Assembly: GCA_002269645.1 (NCBI GenBank)
Contig: NIVC01001422.1
Location: 155,987-219,986 of the forward strand
Direction: 5' to 3'
DNA: 64,000 nucleotides
Source of the DNA: Macrostomum lignano
Taxonomy: Eukaryota
A program made the position numbers and the translations under genes. The notes below the pieces were generated by a model that made no database searches, had not been told where the DNA came from, and worked only from the letters and a program-made list of their open reading frames with translations. The first letter of the stretch is position 1. Every line of letters starts with the position of its first letter. This document shows positions 22,726 through 64,000 of this stretch, in pieces.

Positions 22726-24911
22726 GTAGGTGGATTTTCACAATTTCTGTTAGCCGTTCTATTTAGAAGATCAACCCAACTGACTCCCGAGAATGTGCTT
22801 TTAAGAATTAAATAAGCCTTATGCATGTAAGCTCAAAGTTATCAACTCTCTCACCGGCTTCTGATGCGAGACAGCACGTCCAACGTACCAAAAGAAAACC
22901 GCCGAGTGGATTATTCATGACTGCAGATGCTAAAAGTATTTCAGTATTGCGTCTTGAGTGTTTCTGGTTTTCATGTTCGAAAACCTTACTGGGACTACTG
23001 TGTTACAGTGTGCTTTGCAATATTTCAGGCAAAATTCTATGGCTCAACTTCCCTTTTCCTGTGTACACGTAGAGAATTTTTATACAAAATACGAGCATAA
23101 AATGTTCAATAGTAAGTTTGTAAAAAATGACCTTTTAATGTCGCTTGTTATAAGTAATAAATACGTTCGCAGGCAGCATACCACCCAATAATGCGTTTTC
23201 AGTTTTCACTGCTCTTCAAGCAATACTCCTACACTTTACTGTATATATACATAGACGGCACTTTACCTTAGTAAAGTCGACCCCCTCAAATAAAAACGAC
23301 TTGTTATAATTACGAGTATTTCAAACGAAGAAATAAAGAAGACTGCCTGATTGTCCCTTTGACATTCTCTGCGTCTGGCTTACAACGATCGTAGCAAAAT
23401 AGTTGGTTTAACAAGTTTTCCTCTTGCTTAACAAGTAGAAAGCTGCGCTGCCAGCATATTCGACGTGACTGTGTGCTCGAAATGCTTTGAGTGAGTAAAC
23501 CAAGCGAGAGTGACAAAGAGAGAACGGGCGAATGTAAGCAAATGACGGGCTTAGCAAACAATTCACTGTTCAACTGCCATGAGCTGCGCCACTCTAGGCG
23601 CATTCGTACATGTGGGCGCTTGCGCTCGGCTAAAGCTGACTTCTATAGTGCATCCTAACTTCCATCTAGCCCACTCTCCTCATATTATTTCCACCTGGAC
23701 TCGAGACAGCCAAGCCAAGGCCTGCTGCTGCCAGTCTCAACTCCCGGGGCAACTAGGCGAATCCTGCCAAAGTAGAAAAAAAAATTGGCGTCAAGGAGCT
23801 AAACCCGCAGCGCGGCTAGAATAGTCGATGGCTGCCGAGGCGACGGATGCGGCTTTGAGTCATCAAAGGCGCCGAGCATCAGCGCTGGTGCAGCCGCCAC
23901 AAGCGGCAGGTCGCGGCAGAGTTGACATCAAAAGTCGCGACGGCGTGAGGAATTCACTTCGTGGTGAGGCGACGAAGCGTAACCAAGTTTGCCCGTAGCA
24001 ACTAAAATAGGTATAATTTTGCATCGAGCAGTTATATTACTCAGACCGGAGACTCTAGAAAAATTGCAGGCAGTTATTCAGTCAATTTGTTGTTTTCACT
24101 GGGGTTTTCAACTTCTGTTGAATTGATTCACTTCGCCAATCACTCTGAGAGCATGCTTTCAGACCAGAACTTCCTATTTCCCATTTTTACGATCCAATCG
24201 CATTTACGCCGTAAAAAGATAGGCTACAGTGGACGCCCATGAAACTGTATATGGAAAATATTTTTACTGCAACTTTATGACATTTGCATTGGGTGTTGCA
24301 TTGTTTAGAATAATTAGCCGTATGACAACTGAGGCATGAGGTGGATCCCCTGCCTACGCATGCCTAGTGCAGCTCAGGTCACGCTGAGGATGAAAAATCC
24401 TCGCGTACACCTGCCGTTTCCTGGTTCTCAACAGCCTTTGCAGTCCCGTCCAATAAGACATGGTGGTTGCCGGCAAGGGGACAATAACGTGCATTCTTTT
24501 TGGAAGCAATCGAAACAAAAATCCAGCTCTCCCGTTTCCTATTTGATTGTTTTTTTACAATCCCCCCCTCTAGCTGAGGATGATGCCTTGCTCAGCATCC
24601 CCGCTGCTCTTCAGTCAATGAAAAACGCCTTGGTTTAGCGCATCTTCCTTCCTCATCAATCCTAACCAATCCCATCATCCCGCACGCTCGGCTCAGCGCA
24701 CCTCAGCTTACTCGCTTTGATAGCAAAGGAAAGGCAAAGCGAAAGAACCATTGAAATGAAGTTATAGACGCTCTGGGATGCTATTGCTTCTGCAGTTCAT
24801 TTATTGAGTTATCCGCCATCCCGGAAGTCCCACCGGTTGAGCGGGAAGTGCAGCCTGGCTGGATGAGCGGCTAACAACGTCGGTCATCGAATTCGGGCAG
24901 CCTTTGCAAGG

Positions 24912-61847
<36,936 letters not shown>

Positions 61848-62179
61848 GTAAGTAAGAGACAATAATCTATTGTGACGCGTCGTCGCATTTAGATATGCAA
61901 AATTTTTATTTGAAACTAACAATTAGATTGTTGCACGATTGTCAGCTTGCAGAGTAGTCTGATTGGTTGATTGATTTTGCACAATTTAACCATAGCTTTT
62001 TCCCATTGACTGCGCAATAGAATGTGAGCAGCAGTGAAGTTGTTATTCACATCAATTCGGTCAGTGAAGTTGATAATTAAACCAATCAGGCGAAGACCCC
62101 CCCCACAGAACTGCACTTGGCCATAGACAATTGAGCCAATCAAGCAGACAGCTCTACTTATACTCTACATATACATATA

Positions 62180-62295
62180 GGGGTCGTACTATTAAGCTGT
62201 CGTAGCGTAAGTTCGGTCGTACGTCGGAACTTTTACACGGTGGAGATATGAGCTAAGAACGATCTTATCTTACGATGGCTTTATAGAACGGGCCC
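62180..62295. mobile_element. Small MITE, possibly PIF/Harbinger-like
   Basis: Imperfect TIRs GGGGTCGTACTATTAAGC / GCTTTATAGAACGGGCCC. Confidence 0.45.
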
Positions 62296-62700
62296 ATACT
62301 CTACATCTACTTATAAATTGTAGATTTAAATCACTGCATATTTCTTCATCATTTTGTGATAAAAAGTTTTTGGACATAGCCAACCCCGATCCTTCCTCGA
62401 GCTATTCTATCATATATGGCCCGAGAGAGTGCCTTCCAAAATAAGCAACTGAATTTCATATACGATAAAAGGCGTTTGATTTGTCCTAGAAAATAATTCT
62501 AACCATAGAATTAGAATGTGGATTAAACGACATTTATTGTATACTTCTACACTTTTGGCGCCGATTATCCACTTGCTTAGCTATATTGTATAAGGCCCAG
62601 TACAGTTCTGTGTGGCAGTGCATGAAGCAATATAGCTTTTTGCAGCTTATTTGGGCTTACGCGCATTTAATTTAATCCAAGATAGGTTTGCCAAACAACG

Positions 62701-63258
62701 AGCTTTTGTCTATGGTGGCGGGGCTGGCGCAGCGGCATTTAATTTGGTCCGCGTCTAATTAGGAATGTCAGCGTCTCTACCAGCAATTTTCAGTCGCTTT
62801 TCCAGAGCTCTGCTGATAGTCAAAATCTGATAACCAACTGGAACTGTTCCTTCAACTGCTGCATTTTCTGCAACGTCAACAAAGGGTTCGTCTCAATTGC
62901 ATTAAGTAGCAGTGGACCTGAGTCTCTAACAACTTGCCTTGGCGATTGCCACCTTTCACAGGCGACCTCTGCCAGAAGTGGTTTCAACACACTGATGGAT
63001 GCTGTAAACCATCTTTATTCTATATTCAGCAACCTTGCAATGTCCTTTGGGTGTTCACCTCTGTTGAGTGCTTTGATCACAAGCCAGTAGCATACGTTCG
63101 ACAACCTAGCATGGTTCACAATTCTGGGGCTGATCTTGCTCCTTCGCAACAGTTGCAAATAAAGCTATGGACCAAATTGATGCTTGTTGGACTTAATAAA
63201 TTAATAAATTAATAAATTAAGTGCCGCTGTGCCAGCCTTGCTACCATAGACAAAAGCT
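62701..63258 (-). mobile_element. Element bounded by 16-bp inverted repeats, carrying a degenerate Tc1/IS630-like HTH fragment
   Basis: AGCTTTTGTCTATGGT (62701-62716) / ACCATAGACAAAAGCT (63243-63258). Minus-strand pieces IKALNRGEHPKDIARLLNI and IETNPLLTLQKMQQ...TISRAL resemble transposase N-terminal HTHs. Confidence 0.45.
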
Positions 63259-64000
63259 GTTACATTGGCAAACCCAAAACCATATACACAATCTATCATT
63301 ATTCAAGGCTAATACATACTACACACGCTCATTATTCTATGGCCTAAACGAGTCCCGCGACCATTGCGTACCGCATAGATGTTTTCATTGCGTACCGCTT
63401 AGAATTGTCTCAAAGGATTGGCCATAGACAATTTTAGAGCTTGGATAGAGAGACTAAAGGGAAGAGTTAGAGGGTATACGGTCGACCATAGACTATTATT
63501 TTCCTAGACTAAAGACTCTTTAAAGGCTCTGTTTTCTAAGGCAGGGCCAGGTTATACGCATATTTTATATTTACGTGTATGTACGAGCATGTTCTCAATT
63601 GCCTAGTGTATTTATCGTCACTTCTGTTAAATATACTGTTTTGTCTATGGTTGAAATGCGCGTTGGAAGCCTGGAATAATGGCGTTCCTTGGACAATCAT
63701 TAAAGCTCGGGTAGGCCATAGAATAATATAGGTAATATAGAATCTATGGTTTTAAGGATTTTAAGCCGACTACTTTAAATCCCTTTTTAACAATTGTAAT
63801 GTTAAAAAACAACATTACATTACAAGTGGGAAAATATTCATAGGAGATATATAGGCAAATATTCTATCGACTTTTAGTAGTAATTTAGTAGCTTATAGTA
63901 TGTAGCTCTATATACATACCTGCATATTTAATTATTTAACGCAAATTTCGAAAATCGTACTTTTAAAACCATAAAAGTACATTATGTGCACAGAGCTTGC

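Noticed and set aside
23310-24000. Possible CCAR1 5' coding exon
   Set aside because: The GC-rich, promoter-like region has no ORF with a phase-0 donor compatible with the exon at 14966; it may be UTR or promoter but this is not supportable.

Overview
Eukaryotic (animal) genomic DNA with spliceosomal introns. The GC-rich Ala/Gln-rich exons, AT-rich introns and dense simple repeats suggest the flatworm Macrostomum; this is inference only. Genes: (1) the 3' end of a single-pass membrane protein with a possible cadherin-type strand (1-885, +); (2) a 3-exon CCDC15-like gene (-); (3) a 9-exon CCAR1/DBC1-family gene (-) with S1-like, DBC1/Nudix, SAP, EF-hand and coiled-coil regions and one apparent frameshift; (4) an intronless 129-aa orphan ORF (-); (5) a giant nesprin-1/Msp300-like gene (+, two CH domains followed by spectrin repeats) from about 24.9 kb to beyond the window end, with four candidate alternative first exons, a GC-AG intron and a candidate internal start. 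Mobile DNA includes a D34D mariner with a nested hAT MITE, a 1.5-kb foldback element with an 8-bp TSD, a P/THAP9 fragment, CORE-SINEs, a Crypton/DUF3504-like relic and several MITEs. The most unusual signal is that repeats show CpG loss plus strong CpA/TpG->TpA loss, a pattern resembling fungal RIP. All six premature stops in the indel-free mariner transposase are TAG.
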